A DNA stretch of 64,000 bases from Planctomycetota bacterium (GTDB taxonomy: Bacteria > Planctomycetota > UBA1135 > UBA2386): contig OZ245838.1 of NCBI GenBank assembly GCA_965228735.1, forward strand, positions 5,344,001 to 5,408,000, given 5' to 3'. Of the stretch, positions 1 through 12,448 are shown one piece after another. Position 1 is the first letter of the stretch, and every line of letters begins with the position of its first letter. The position numbers and the translations under genes are program-made. The notes under the pieces are model-generated. The model searched no databases and was not told where the DNA came from. It was given only the letters and a program-made list of their open reading frames with translations.

Positions 1-1
1 C

Positions 2-676
2 CCGCGCGAGCATCCGCCGACGTGTGCGCTGAGCCTCGTGCTCGACGCGCTCGGCGTCTACGAGGACGCGCTGCGGTTCTGCGACTGGCTCGAGCCCGCG
101 GAGTGGTTCGATTCGCGCGGGCCCAACCGCACGGCCGAGTGGCTCGGTGTGCCGCGCCGCGTCGTGTCCCGGCTCGGGTCGCCGATCGACGCGACGTTGC
201 TGCGGCGGTTTGCGGCGCAACCGGTGCACCAGCCGGGCGAGACGCTCTACGAGTTCTTGCGCCTCGTGGGCGAGGACCTGCTCGAGTTCCTGCGCGGCGT
301 GCGGTCTGGCATCGACGCGGTGGCGGCTGCGAGTGAGCGCTGGACCATTGCGGCCGGCGACGACGACGTGCTCGAGGTCGTTTTCGTGCCCCGCAGCGAC
401 GCGATGCTCGCGGACCCGTCCGCCAGCGTCGCCCGCTACGTGCGCGCTGCCGGACTCGAAGAGATCGTGGCCGCGACCGTGTATCCGGATCGCCGCGGTG
501 CCGGCTACGGCATCAGCCGCTACGAGGACGACCCGCGGCTCGACTTCTCGCAGGTCGAGAACGAGCCCGACGTGCACTTCGCGCACAAGACGGGGTTCGT
601 CTGCAAGACGACGGCGATGGCGCCAGAGCGGCTGCGGGAGTTGATCCGCGGCGCCTATCGGCGTCCCACGGACTGA
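2..676 (+). CDS. MYG1-family metal-dependent hydrolase, 5'-truncated by the window edge
   Basis: The frame is open from base 2 (PREHPPTCALSLVL...). The C-terminal DVHFAHKTGFVCKT resembles the MYG1 C-terminal motif. Confidence 0.6.
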   Translation, partial: PREHPPTCALSLVLDALGVYEDALRFCDWLEPAEWFDSRGPNRTAEWLGVPRRVVSRLGSPIDATLLRRFAAQPVHQPGETLYEFLRLVGEDLLEFLRGVRSGIDAVAAASERWTIAAGDDDVLEVVFVPRSDAMLADPSASVARYVRAAGLEEIVAATVYPDRRGAGYGISRYEDDPRLDFSQVENEPDVHFAHKTGFVCKTTAMAPERLRELIRGAYRRPTD

Positions 677-753
677 CGCCGATCGACGGTTGTGTGGCCG
701 TTGGGGATCAGCACGGGGAACCGCCGGAATTCGCGTTCGTATCTCCCACGACC

Positions 754-1902
754 ATGCTGGACCGTCGCGGATTCCTCGTCACCGGTAGCTGCGGGCTGGC
801 CGCGTGTGTTGCCGATGGATCGGAGGCGGGCCTCGGTCGCGACGTGGCCGCCGACCGGCAGCGGCAGGACGAGCTCGATGGCATCCTCGCCGCCAATGCG
901 GCGGCGCTGCCGGAGAAGGGCGGCGGGGCCAACCACTACCCGATGGCGGCGGAAGCCTGGCTCGCGCTCGGGATCGATCGGCCCGTGCCGGCCGACTGGG
1001 CCGCGGGGGCGCGTCGCTACGCGGGTGAGATCGCCAGCGCCGAACGTCGGCTCGGCGACTACGCGAGCCTGGGAGCATGGCGCGAGTTGTTTGCGGTCGA
1101 GCTCGCGCGTTCGTCGTGGCGTTCGGTCCTGCAGTCGTGGGTGCCGCAGCTCGCGCCCGGGCTCGCCGGCGCGCTCTACCACGGACTGATCCGCACGGCG
1201 CACGTCGCGCGGGCGCTGCGGCAGCGCGACAACGCTGCGCGGCGGGCCGAGCTCGCGGCTGCGCTGGCCTACTGGGCCGCGCGGTATCGTGAGTTGCCCG
1301 GTGACGCGAACGCGTTCGCGGGGCGGCGGTCCTATCTGGATGCGGCGGACGAACTCGCGGGGCTCGACCACGCCGACCTGGCGGCCGATGCCGACGTCCC
1401 GTTCGGCGAGGCGACCACGCACATGGTCCGGTGGGCGAGCGCCACTGCGCCTGGCGAAGCGAACGAGTTGGCCGAGGTGCTGGTGGACCCCGCTCTCGCG
1501 CATCCGTCGGCGCGCTTGCGAACCGTCGTGCACACCGCGGCCGCCGGTTTCCTCGAGATGCTCGTGCAGCAGCGTCAGCGGATCTGGCTGCTGCACGGCG
1601 TGACCGCGGCCGCCTGCGCCGAGCTGCTGTTGCCCGAGCTCGACGGGTCCGGCGCAGACCGGCTCGCGGAGTGCACCGAGCGTGGAGTGACGGCGCTCTG
1701 GGGGGCGTTCGGCGCGCCGTTCGATCCGGGGCTCGGTCAGCGCCGCGAAATGCCGCCCTGGCCCGAACTCGTGCGCGGCATCGCACAACGGCCGTCGGTG
1801 CACGGCGCCAAGCTCATCGAGGCGTTGCGGCGTTGCAGCGGAGCCGGCGACTCCGATCGACTGCATCGGGCGGTGGCCGCCACGTTCCTGGAGTGGACGT
1901 GA
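754..1902 (+). CDS. Questin-oxidase-like (DUF4243) protein with a twin-arginine-like N-terminus
   Basis: Motifs NHYPMAAEA, HGLIRTAH, LLHGVT and HGAKLIEA. Start chosen at ATG 754 (MLDRRGFL). Confidence 0.7.
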   Translation: MLDRRGFLVTGSCGLAACVADGSEAGLGRDVAADRQRQDELDGILAANAAALPEKGGGANHYPMAAEAWLALGIDRPVPADWAAGARRYAGEIASAERRLGDYASLGAWRELFAVELARSSWRSVLQSWVPQLAPGLAGALYHGLIRTAHVARALRQRDNAARRAELAAALAYWAARYRELPGDANAFAGRRSYLDAADELAGLDHADLAADADVPFGEATTHMVRWASATAPGEANELAEVLVDPALAHPSARLRTVVHTAAAGFLEMLVQQRQRIWLLHGVTAAACAELLLPELDGSGADRLAECTERGVTALWGAFGAPFDPGLGQRREMPPWPELVRGIAQRPSVHGAKLIEALRRCSGAGDSDRLHRAVAATFLEWT

Positions 1903-1933
1903 TCGGGGACGTGATTCAGGCCGTGATTCGGGA
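1898..1933 (+). repeat. 3 x 12-bp tandem repeat containing the upstream gene's stop codon
   Basis: cgtgatcgggga / cgtgattcaggc / cgtgattcggga. Confidence 0.6.
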
Positions 1934-2008
1934 TGGGGCGGGCGGAATGCGCGCCGGCCGGCGGGTCGGGGCTGGCATTCCCGCGCGTTCCGGTGATCGT
2001 TCGATGTC

Positions 2009-2881
2009 ATGAGCTGGCAATCGACAGGCAGCGTCGCGCCGCGGGCGCTCGGGTCCGCCCGGCTGCAGCTGCACTACGGGGCGTACGTGCTCGGTTCGAC
2101 CGCGCACAGCCTGCTGCCGCATCGACCCGACGACAGCCATTCCAACCTCGGCTACGACGACAATCACGGCTCGCTCAAGACGCGCGATCTCGGCGGCGGC
2201 GTCGAACTGCATCTCGACATCGAGCCCTTCCAGTTCGAGCTGCGGTCCGGTTCGGCCGCGATCGACCCGATCCCGCTGGCCGGCAAGTCGATCGACGAGC
2301 TGCTGCTCAGCATCACAGCGCGGCTGCCCTCGGTCGGCATCCAGGCCTCACCCGGTGACCTGTCGCGGCGCCAGTACCCGGACTTTCCCGCGAGCCCTCT
2401 GATGACCGGCGGCACGTTCGAGAAGCCGCCTGCGGACGAGCTCCGGGAACTGCGCCGTTGGTTCGCCAACGCGGCCGAGCTGATGGCAGCGCAGCGGCAG
2501 GACGAGCGCCGGCTCGGCGAGGCCCGCGTCTGGCCGCACCACTTCGACCTCGGCGCGCTCGTTCCGTTGTCCGATGCCGGCGACCGATCGATCGGGGTTG
2601 GCCTCTCTCCGGGCGACGACCACTTCGACCAGCCCTACTTCTACTGTTCGCCCTATCCGCAGCCCGCGGACGGTGTCGCGCTCCCGCAGCTGGAGATCGG
2701 CGAGTGGACGCGCTCCCACTTCGTGTCGGCGATCCTGACCGGCGAAGCGCTGCATCGCCGCGACGCGCAAGAGCGTGCGGCCCGCGAGTACCTCACCGAT
2801 GCGCTCGCACACTGCCGTGCGATCGTCGCTGGCAGCGCCGGTGATGGGGACCATGCGGAGCACGACGGGGACCACCGCTGA
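2009..2881 (+). CDS. DUF5996-like protein
   Basis: WPHHFDLG and GLSPGDDHFDQPYFYCSPYP motifs. Confidence 0.65.
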   Translation: MSWQSTGSVAPRALGSARLQLHYGAYVLGSTAHSLLPHRPDDSHSNLGYDDNHGSLKTRDLGGGVELHLDIEPFQFELRSGSAAIDPIPLAGKSIDELLLSITARLPSVGIQASPGDLSRRQYPDFPASPLMTGGTFEKPPADELRELRRWFANAAELMAAQRQDERRLGEARVWPHHFDLGALVPLSDAGDRSIGVGLSPGDDHFDQPYFYCSPYPQPADGVALPQLEIGEWTRSHFVSAILTGEALHRRDAQERAAREYLTDALAHCRAIVAGSAGDGDHAEHDGDHR

Positions 2882-2944
2882 AGATCGCGACCTGGAGCGG
2901 ACCGGCGCCGCCGTCGCGCCGGTCCGCGGTCGTCTGACCGCGGC

Positions 2945-5145
<2,201 letters not shown>

Positions 5146-5149
<4 letters not shown>

Positions 5150-5622
5150 CGTCCACCTCCGTTGCCGAGCTTGCCGGCCGCGGTCTTGATCGCGGCGCGG
5201 ATGCGCGGGTAGGTGCCGCACCGGCAGATGTTGCCGCTCATCGACGCGTCGATCGCGGCGTCGTCGGGGGACTTGTTGGCCGCGAGCAGCGCCGTCGCCG
5301 ACATGCACTGGCCGGGCTGGCACCAGCCGCACTGCACGACGTCGTGTTCGATCCAGGCCTCGGCGACGGCCTTGCCGACGGGCTCGCTCTCGAGCGCCTC
5401 GACCGTACGCACGCTCTTGCCGCGGACGAACTCGGCAGGGTAGGCGCACGCGCGCACGGCCTGCCCGTCGACGTGCACGGTGCAGGCGCCACAGAGCGCG
5501 CGGCCGCAGCCGAACTTCGTGCCAGTCTCGCCGAGCACGTCCCGCAGGATCCAGAGCAGCGGCATGTCGCTGCTGACGTCGACGCTCTTGCTCGCGCCGT
5601 TGAGGGTGAAGTCGATCTGCAT
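5146..5622 (-). CDS. (2Fe-2S)-binding small subunit (IorA-like)
   Basis: [22 protein letters not shown] and NICRCGTY motifs. Confidence 0.93.
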
Positions 5623-5641
5623 CGTCAGGTCCTGTCGGGAA

Positions 5642-6259
5642 TCAGTAGGTGGAGGTGGTGCCCGCCGCGGGCATCGGGGCGCCGGCCGCGACCCAGGCAT
5701 CGAACGCCGCGATGAACGCGTCGTGTGGCAGCGGCACGGGTTCGCGTCCGACGCCGGGGTCCCAGCCCCAGAGCACGAGCGGGTCCTCGTTCATGTGCTG
5801 CCTGAGGTCTCGGAGCGAACGGTCGCCGTTCTTGCTCCGGTCCGTGAGCGTCTGCGCGAGGCCGCGGTCGTCGAGGTCGACCCAGCCCATCGAGCGCGGC
5901 GCGAGGTGCCAGTGCGGCGCGCCCGGCACGCCGGCAAGGTCCTGGTTCTTCGGGCGATGGCACGTCGCGCAATGCATCGCCGGGTTGCCGTGCCCATCGG
6001 GGCCGCGCATCACGTTCTGTGGATGCACGCGCGCGTCGTCACCGACGTGCGGCCGATCGCCGACCGGGTGACAGTTGAGGCAGCGCGCGTGTCGCAGGAC
6101 CCGCGCGATCGGCGCGAACGTGCCGACCTCGGCGGGGTCGAGGGTGGCCGAGGTGGAAAGGCCGGCGGAGCCGGCCCCTGGCATCTGGCACGCGGAAGAG
6201 ATGGCGACGGCGGCAGCGGCTGCAGCCAACACCGTGACGAGGAGCGGGCGATGTCGCAT
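5642..6259 (-). CDS. Diheme c-type cytochrome lipoprotein associated with the IorAB-type oxidoreductase
   Basis: CLNCH and CATCH heme-binding motifs, ISSAC lipobox-like signal, same strand immediately upstream of the IorA-like gene. Confidence 0.8.
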   Translation of the reverse strand: MRHRPLLVTVLAAAAAAVAISSACQMPGAGSAGLSTSATLDPAEVGTFAPIARVLRHARCLNCHPVGDRPHVGDDARVHPQNVMRGPDGHGNPAMHCATCHRPKNQDLAGVPGAPHWHLAPRSMGWVDLDDRGLAQTLTDRSKNGDRSLRDLRQHMNEDPLVLWGWDPGVGREPVPLPHDAFIAAFDAWVAAGAPMPAAGTTSTY

Positions 6260-6471
6260 GGGGGCGAACGAACGAGTCTGCGCGCAGTGCCGCCCCGGCG
6301 CCGGCGAACGCGCGGCGAGACTCCGGGCGGGGACACTCGAACGACCATCCGATCGTTGGCCGCGTGTTCACGGTTGTCAAGGCGAGTCGGTGGCGCGGAG
6401 CCGGATGCCACCGAGTCTTCGCGATACCGTGTCGTTGGACCGGGAGAGGCCCCGTTACACGATCCAGCGGC

Positions 6472-7137
6472 TCAGAGTGGGTTCCACTTCGCGTACTTGC
6501 CCTGCAGCGCCTTCGTCGCGGCCTTCTTCAGACCTTCGTTCGTCGACGTCGTGCAGCGCTCGAGGAAAGGACGCACCGCGGCGCTCTGGTCGAGCCATCC
6601 CGGGGCGGCGGCTGCGACCCAGAAGCGGCGATTGCTGGTCTGGCCCGTGGTCGGCCAGCTGTCCACGTATTCGATCAGGGAATCGATCGTGGCGCCGGAC
6701 GGGACGAGGCGCAGCATCGCCACGGCCCGCAGGGCGCCGTCCGCGAGGTCCGGATTGCCGCGGTCGACGAGTCGCCGCACCGTGGTGAGGTCGTCGTCCT
6801 GGTCGTCCGGCTGGGAGAGGCGAACGATCGCATCGCCGAGAGCGACGTAGATCATGGTCGCTTCGAACTCACGGCCAGCGAGATCCCCGAGGAACGGCAG
6901 CGCCTCGCGGTGCTCGCAGTGGGCGAGCGCCATGATGAGCTGATACTGGGTCTCCCAGGTGCGCTCGTCCTGCAACTCGCGTCGAAGAGCTGCGAGCAAC
7001 GGAGCGCCGGCGCGAGGATCACCCAGCTTGCGCAGGCGCTTTGCGCCGGATCGCCGTTTGCCCGACAGGCGGTGATCGAGAAGCTCGATCGCCGCCGCCG
7101 TGGGGTCGTCGGCGTTACTCGGATTCTTGGCGGCCAT
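6472..7137 (-). CDS. HEAT-repeat protein
   Basis: Helical repeats such as RRSGAKRLRKLGDPRAGAPLLAAL and LIMALAHCEHREALPFL. Confidence 0.65.
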   Translation of the reverse strand: MAAKNPSNADDPTAAAIELLDHRLSGKRRSGAKRLRKLGDPRAGAPLLAALRRELQDERTWETQYQLIMALAHCEHREALPFLGDLAGREFEATMIYVALGDAIVRLSQPDDQDDDLTTVRRLVDRGNPDLADGALRAVAMLRLVPSGATIDSLIEYVDSWPTTGQTSNRRFWVAAAAPGWLDQSAAVRPFLERCTTSTNEGLKKAATKALQGKYAKWNPL

Positions 7138-7176
7138 CGATCGTCGGAGGGCAGCGGCGCTACCTGGTTGCGGGTC

Positions 7177-8802
7177 TCAGGAGCCCGGGTCGAGGTGGAT
7201 CTGCTTGTAGCCACCCCGGCTCTTGAACCACAACGCGATGGCGCCGAACACGATGAACAGGAGCAGCGGGAACCGCACCGCGTATGCGAGCACGTCGCGG
7301 CCGGCCTGGACCTGGGCCGTGCCCTGGTTGTCGCCTTCCTGGTAGACCGCCGAGACCTGGGCTTTCTCGGTCTCGGGCAGCGTCGCGATGTAGACCTTCG
7401 CCTGCTTCGGGTCGATCTTGTCGTGGCTCATCCACATGAAGCCGCCCTCCGCCTCGGCGGCCTGTGCGAGCGCCGGCACCTCCGCCGTGACGGTTGCGTG
7501 GATCGACTTGTCGAACGCGACACCGAGCAGCGGACCGCCGATGACGCCGGCCGAGAGCAGGCCGATCGCGGACACCGTATTCAGCGTCAGCGCGCCGCCC
7601 TGCGGGTATCGCTCCGACGTGAAGCCGAGGACGCACGGCCAGTAGTAGGTCTGCCCGAGCGCGTAGAGCGTGAACGCGATGAAGATCGCGATGCCGGCCG
7701 CCGACGACAGCCAGTAAAGGCCGGCCGCGGAGAACAGGCCGCTGATGCAGAGCAGCGCGGGCGGGCTGAAGAACTTGAGGATGCTGCCCGCGAACACGCG
7801 GAACACGAGCATGATGCTCGCGGAGAACACCAGCGCCATCGCCGGGTTGATCTCGAGGTCGTCGAGCACCGGCGTCATCAGGCCCTTGATCCAGCCGTCG
7901 GTGCCGAGCTCGGCGGTCGCGACCGGGATCATCAGGAGACAGAGCAGGAAGAACAGTGGGCGACCGACGCTCCTCACGGCGAAGCCGAACACCCCGCCGA
8001 TCACGACCCCGATACCGAGACTGATCATGAACCACTGCTCTGGCGCCTCGAGCGTCGTGAGCTGGAACACCTGGTTACCGATCTCGTAGATCATCAACCC
8101 GCCGGCGAGGAATGCGGTGAGGAAGCCGACTTGTTGCAGCATCTCGCGGAACGGCACGCCGGCGGCAACGCGTTCGTCGACCGGGAAGCGGCACGGCAGG
8201 AACATGAGCGCGTACGGAACCGCGGGCACGAGGATCCACAGCGCGTGGACGCGCCACGACAGGCCGACGAACTCACCCGCCTCGTTCTCGGTGCCGAACA
8301 TCGCGTCGGAGCCGATGATCAGCAGCGTCCCGAGTACGAGCCCGGCCGGCCACGCGGCGTGCAGGATCGTGAGCCACTTCGTCTTCTCGCGCGGGTAGAC
8401 CGCGGCGCAGATCGGGTTGATCACCGCTTCGACGATGCCGTGTCCGAGGCCTGCGAACAGCGCGGCGAAGTAGAGCGTGAGGTGAGTGTCGGCCTGCCAC
8501 GTCATCACACCCGACAGCGCCTGCAGGGCGAACGCGATCAGCATCGGCAGCTTGTAGCCGGTGCGGTCCACGACGAGGCTGAACAGGATCATCGTGATCG
8601 CGATCGGCCACAGCGATGCGCCGAAGATCTCGCCGACCTGTTGGTTGGTGAGCTCGAGCTCGCTGCCGTAGGTGCCGCCCATCGCGACGCGGAACGCGAA
8701 GCCGACGCCGGCCGCGGTCAGCGAGAGGAAGCTCGCCCAGAAGAGGAGGCGGCGTTCACCGGACGTGAGCTGGGAATCGCCGGGCATGGGGGAATCGGAC
8801 AC
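7177..8802 (-). CDS. MFS transporter
   Basis: About 12+ hydrophobic segments and an MFS motif-A-like SLVVDRTGYK. Start uncertain (GTG 8802 or ATG 8787). Confidence 0.85.
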   Translation of the reverse strand: MSDSPMPGDSQLTSGERRLLFWASFLSLTAAGVGFAFRVAMGGTYGSELELTNQQVGEIFGASLWPIAITMILFSLVVDRTGYKLPMLIAFALQALSGVMTWQADTHLTLYFAALFAGLGHGIVEAVINPICAAVYPREKTKWLTILHAAWPAGLVLGTLLIIGSDAMFGTENEAGEFVGLSWRVHALWILVPAVPYALMFLPCRFPVDERVAAGVPFREMLQQVGFLTAFLAGGLMIYEIGNQVFQLTTLEAPEQWFMISLGIGVVIGGVFGFAVRSVGRPLFFLLCLLMIPVATAELGTDGWIKGLMTPVLDDLEINPAMALVFSASIMLVFRVFAGSILKFFSPPALLCISGLFSAAGLYWLSSAAGIAIFIAFTLYALGQTYYWPCVLGFTSERYPQGGALTLNTVSAIGLLSAGVIGGPLLGVAFDKSIHATVTAEVPALAQAAEAEGGFMWMSHDKIDPKQAKVYIATLPETEKAQVSAVYQEGDNQGTAQVQAGRDVLAYAVRFPLLLFIVFGAIALWFKSRGGYKQIHLDPGS

Positions 8803-9020
8803 GAGGGAGGCTCCGAGGCTGGGGCGAAGGAGGCGCGAGTTGAGGGAGATCGCGCGGAGTGGGCAGTGTCCAGCTCGCGCTGGACCGCAGCATGCTGCCA
8901 AAAGCGGGGCTCCGGCGCGAGAATGCTCCGACGGCAGCCCGGGCGTGTCCCAGCGATGTCGCGCTCGGCCGGGGCGCGGCTGGCTTGACCGGAGTTCTGC
9001 CGTTCGGGTACCACGCGGCC

Positions 9021-11192
9021 ATGCGTCTCGTGGTGTTGGCGGTGTTCTTGCTGAGCGGGTGCGCCGCCGTCCACGAGCCGGGAGCGGCTCACGATCATGC
9101 CGTGGCGCCCGCGTTCACGCTCGAGCGACTGGTGAACGGGCCATCGTGGACGGGGGTGTCGCCGTCGAGCCCGGCCTGGTCACCCGACGGTCGCTGGCTC
9201 GCGTTTCGTTGGCGCGGCGAGGGGTCACGGCGGGAGCTGTGGCTCGTCGAGCGTGACGGCACGGGGCTGCGGCAGCTCACGAACGCGGAGAGTCGCGGGA
9301 GCGCGGGATCGTTCGCGTGGTTGCCGGACGGCGCCGGCCTGCTCGTGCTGCGCGCGGGTGGGCTCTGGCGGCTCGGACTCGATGGCGCCGAGCGGCGCGT
9401 TGCGGATCTCCCGCGCGGTGTCGGCGGGTTCGCGGTCGCGCCGGATGGCCGGCACGCGTCGTTCTCGAAGGACGGCGATCTGTGGCTCGTCGGTCTCGAC
9501 AGCGGCGCGGTCCGGCAGCTCACCGACGTGGGCGAGCCACCACTCTCCGACCTGCGGATCGGACGCTACGCCCGTCGCGAGGTCGAGGTCGGGTCCTACG
9601 TGTGGGGCGGACCGACCTACGCGTGGGCGCCCGACGGCCGCAGCATCGCCTTGCACCTCGTCGATCGGCGGCAGCTACGCCAGGTGCCGTTCCCGAACTA
9701 CCTCGGTGAGGAGACCGATCCGAACTTCGTTCGGCGGTCGTATCCGGGTGATCCCAACGAGCACCGTGCGGTCGCGATCGTCGCGATCGACAGCGGCGCG
9801 ATCGATCGCCTCGACCTCCCCGCGCCGACGGCGACGCGCGTCGTCGACTTCTCGTGGTCGAACGACGGTCGGCTGCTCGTCGATCGTGAATCGGACACGG
9901 CCGTCGACCGTTGGCTGCACGTCTACGACCCGAGCACGCGGCAGCTGCGCGAGCTCTGGCACGATCGCCGCGAGTCGCGGGTCTACACGACGGCGGCCTC
10001 CGCGTGGCACGCGGACGGCCGCCACGTGATCGTGCTGTCCGACCGGGGTGACCGCTACGGGCTCTACGCGCTGGCGATCGACGACCCGCAGCCGCGGCTG
10101 CTGACCGATCCCCGTTTCGACGTGCTCGCCGGGCCGACCGTCGCTGACGACGGCGCGATCTTCTACACCGCGAACGACCCGAGTCCGTACGAACGCCACG
10201 CCGCCGTCACGACGCTCGTCGGCAATGCGAGCAGGCGCCTGACCCGTCTGCGCGGCGATTCCCGCGCGTTCCCGTCACCCGATGGCAAGCACGTCGCGCT
10301 GCTGCACAGCAACGACACGACGCCGACCGAACTCTACCTCGTCGCCGCTGATGCGCCGGGGACGGAGCGGCGCATCACGGACTCGCAGTCGCCGGAGTTC
10401 GCGCAGCAGCCGTGGGCGAACGTGCGCTACGCCACGTTCCCGAGCCTGCACGACGACGCGACGCTGCACGCCCGGATCCTCGAGCCGCGCGACCTCGATC
10501 GGACGCGCCGGCACCCCGTCATCTTCGGCCCGATCTACTCCAACACCGTGCGCAATCGGTGGGGCGGCTTCTACGGCATGTTCCAGCAGGTGCTCGTGGC
10601 CCACGGCTACATCGTCGTGCAGGTCGACGTGCGCGGCAGCACGGGCTACGGCCGCGAGTTTCGCGAGCAGTTCCTCATGGACTTCGCCGGCCGCGACCTC
10701 GACGACCTCGAGAGCGCGGTCGCGCACATGGAGTCGTTGCCTTTCGTCGACCCGGATCGCATCGGCATCTGGGGCAGCAGCTACGGCGGGACGCTCACGG
10801 CCTACGCGTTGTTGAAGAAGCCGGGGCTGTTCGATGCCGGTGTCGCGTGCGCCGCGGCGGTCGATCCGCACTTCTTCGGCAGCGACGACGTCGCGATCGT
10901 CCGACGACCCGCGAGCCACCCGGCAGCGTTCGAGCGCGGCGCGGCGCAGTACGCGGCCAACCTCGAGGACCCGCTGCTCCTGATTCACGGGATGCAGGAC
11001 CAGGTCGTGCCGTTCAAGACGGCGGTCGATCTCGCCGAGGCGCTGATGCGAGCGGGCAAGGACTTCGACTTCGCGTTCGCGCCGGCCGGCACGCACGGCT
11101 GGACCCGACCGTCGCACTACGCGCGCTACCTGCTCGGCAAGCTGATGGCGCACTTCGAACGGCACCTCGGCAGCGGCGAGCAGGACGGCTGA
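9021..11192 (+). CDS. S9 family (DPP IV-like) peptidase, lipoprotein
   Basis: LLSGC lipobox, PD40-type WSPDG repeats, catalytic GSSYGG, HGMQDQVV and GTHGW. Confidence 0.92.
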   Translation: MRLVVLAVFLLSGCAAVHEPGAAHDHAVAPAFTLERLVNGPSWTGVSPSSPAWSPDGRWLAFRWRGEGSRRELWLVERDGTGLRQLTNAESRGSAGSFAWLPDGAGLLVLRAGGLWRLGLDGAERRVADLPRGVGGFAVAPDGRHASFSKDGDLWLVGLDSGAVRQLTDVGEPPLSDLRIGRYARREVEVGSYVWGGPTYAWAPDGRSIALHLVDRRQLRQVPFPNYLGEETDPNFVRRSYPGDPNEHRAVAIVAIDSGAIDRLDLPAPTATRVVDFSWSNDGRLLVDRESDTAVDRWLHVYDPSTRQLRELWHDRRESRVYTTAASAWHADGRHVIVLSDRGDRYGLYALAIDDPQPRLLTDPRFDVLAGPTVADDGAIFYTANDPSPYERHAAVTTLVGNASRRLTRLRGDSRAFPSPDGKHVALLHSNDTTPTELYLVAADAPGTERRITDSQSPEFAQQPWANVRYATFPSLHDDATLHARILEPRDLDRTRRHPVIFGPIYSNTVRNRWGGFYGMFQQVLVAHGYIVVQVDVRGSTGYGREFREQFLMDFAGRDLDDLESAVAHMESLPFVDPDRIGIWGSSYGGTLTAYALLKKPGLFDAGVACAAAVDPHFFGSDDVAIVRRPASHPAAFERGAAQYAANLEDPLLLIHGMQDQVVPFKTAVDLAEALMRAGKDFDFAFAPAGTHGWTRPSHYARYLLGKLMAHFERHLGSGEQDG

Positions 11193-11333
11193 TCGTCGCG
11201 TAGGGCGGCCGCCTGTCAGGTCGCATGACAGCGCGAGAGCGCGCCGCCTGATTGGACGAGCTTCGGGCCGTTGGCCTGGTGCTATGGTCCCGAGTGCTTC
11301 GTTTCGTTCGCGTTCACTCCGCAGGAGCGACCC

Positions 11334-12410
11334 ATGACCGAGATCATCCGCACCAGCGCAAGCGCGCTGTTGTTCACCGCCGTGGCAGCCGCGCAGTTCA
11401 TCCACCCGATCACCTACATCGACGCCGACACCCAGAGCAATACCACGCTCGCCGATGGCACGGCCTACACGCCGACGACGACGCTCGCGACGAGCGGCAC
11501 CGACGACGAGTGGTTGCTGCGGGCGTTCGGCAACGGCGGCACGGTGCTCTCGAGCCACGACGTCGCCAACTCCGACGAGGACGCGCCGATGCTGCGCACG
11601 ACGATCACGGGCCTGATCCCGACGTTGTCGTACTACGTGTACTCGTACCACTGGAGCAACGGCCAGTCGTGGCGCGGCCGTGCCCTCGTGTCGACCTCGC
11701 AGCCCGCGCCCGAACTGCCGGGCTACAACACCGTGCACTTCAACGGCTCGGCGTTCGCCCCGATGCAGCCGCTCGCGATCAGCGCCGCGCTCGGGTTCGG
11801 TCAGTCGTCGCTCGCCCTGACGTTCGATGGTCTGGGGTTCGAGAACTCGGGTCACTTCGCGCAGCCCGCGCTGATCTCCGAGGGCAATCGCACGATGTAC
11901 GAGGTCTGGCTCGGGGTCCATCAGGCGGATGCGCAGGGCGAGATCCACGTCTATGTCGACGATCTCGCGGGGCCGCAGGTGCCCGGCAACCGCACGTGGT
12001 TCGACGGCGTCGGCTACGAGATCGCGCCGCTGCCGCAAGGCACGCCGTGCGGCAGTCCGCAGCCGACGATCGGGTTCGAGGGCGCGCCGATCATGACGAC
12101 GGCGTTCACCTGCCGGGTCGACAACGCGCCGCCGAACGCGCTCGCCATGGCGTTCCTCGGGTTCAGCAATACGACGTGGACGGGCGGGTCGCTGCCGTTC
12201 AACCTGGCGATCATCGGCTTCCCGACCTGCTCGCTCTACGTGTCGCCCGACCTGAGCTTCTTCAAGGTCACCGACGCCAGCGGTTCGGCCGACCACGAGT
12301 TGACCCTGCCGGTGTTCACACCGCTCACGTTGCACTGGCAGTGGGGCGTGCTCGATGCCGGCAACAACCTCAGTGGGACGCAGACGATCGAGACCGTGTT
12401 TCACCGTTAG
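11334..12410 (+). CDS. Secreted hypothetical protein with a C-terminal beta-rich domain
   Basis: RBS caggag upstream of ATG 11334, signal peptide ending AAAQ, coding-like codon usage. Confidence 0.75.
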   Translation: MTEIIRTSASALLFTAVAAAQFIHPITYIDADTQSNTTLADGTAYTPTTTLATSGTDDEWLLRAFGNGGTVLSSHDVANSDEDAPMLRTTITGLIPTLSYYVYSYHWSNGQSWRGRALVSTSQPAPELPGYNTVHFNGSAFAPMQPLAISAALGFGQSSLALTFDGLGFENSGHFAQPALISEGNRTMYEVWLGVHQADAQGEIHVYVDDLAGPQVPGNRTWFDGVGYEIAPLPQGTPCGSPQPTIGFEGAPIMTTAFTCRVDNAPPNALAMAFLGFSNTTWTGGSLPFNLAIIGFPTCSLYVSPDLSFFKVTDASGSADHELTLPVFTPLTLHWQWGVLDAGNNLSGTQTIETVFHR

Positions 12411-12448
12411 CGCTTGCGCCGGAGTGACCGGCTCGTCCTCGGGCGAAG

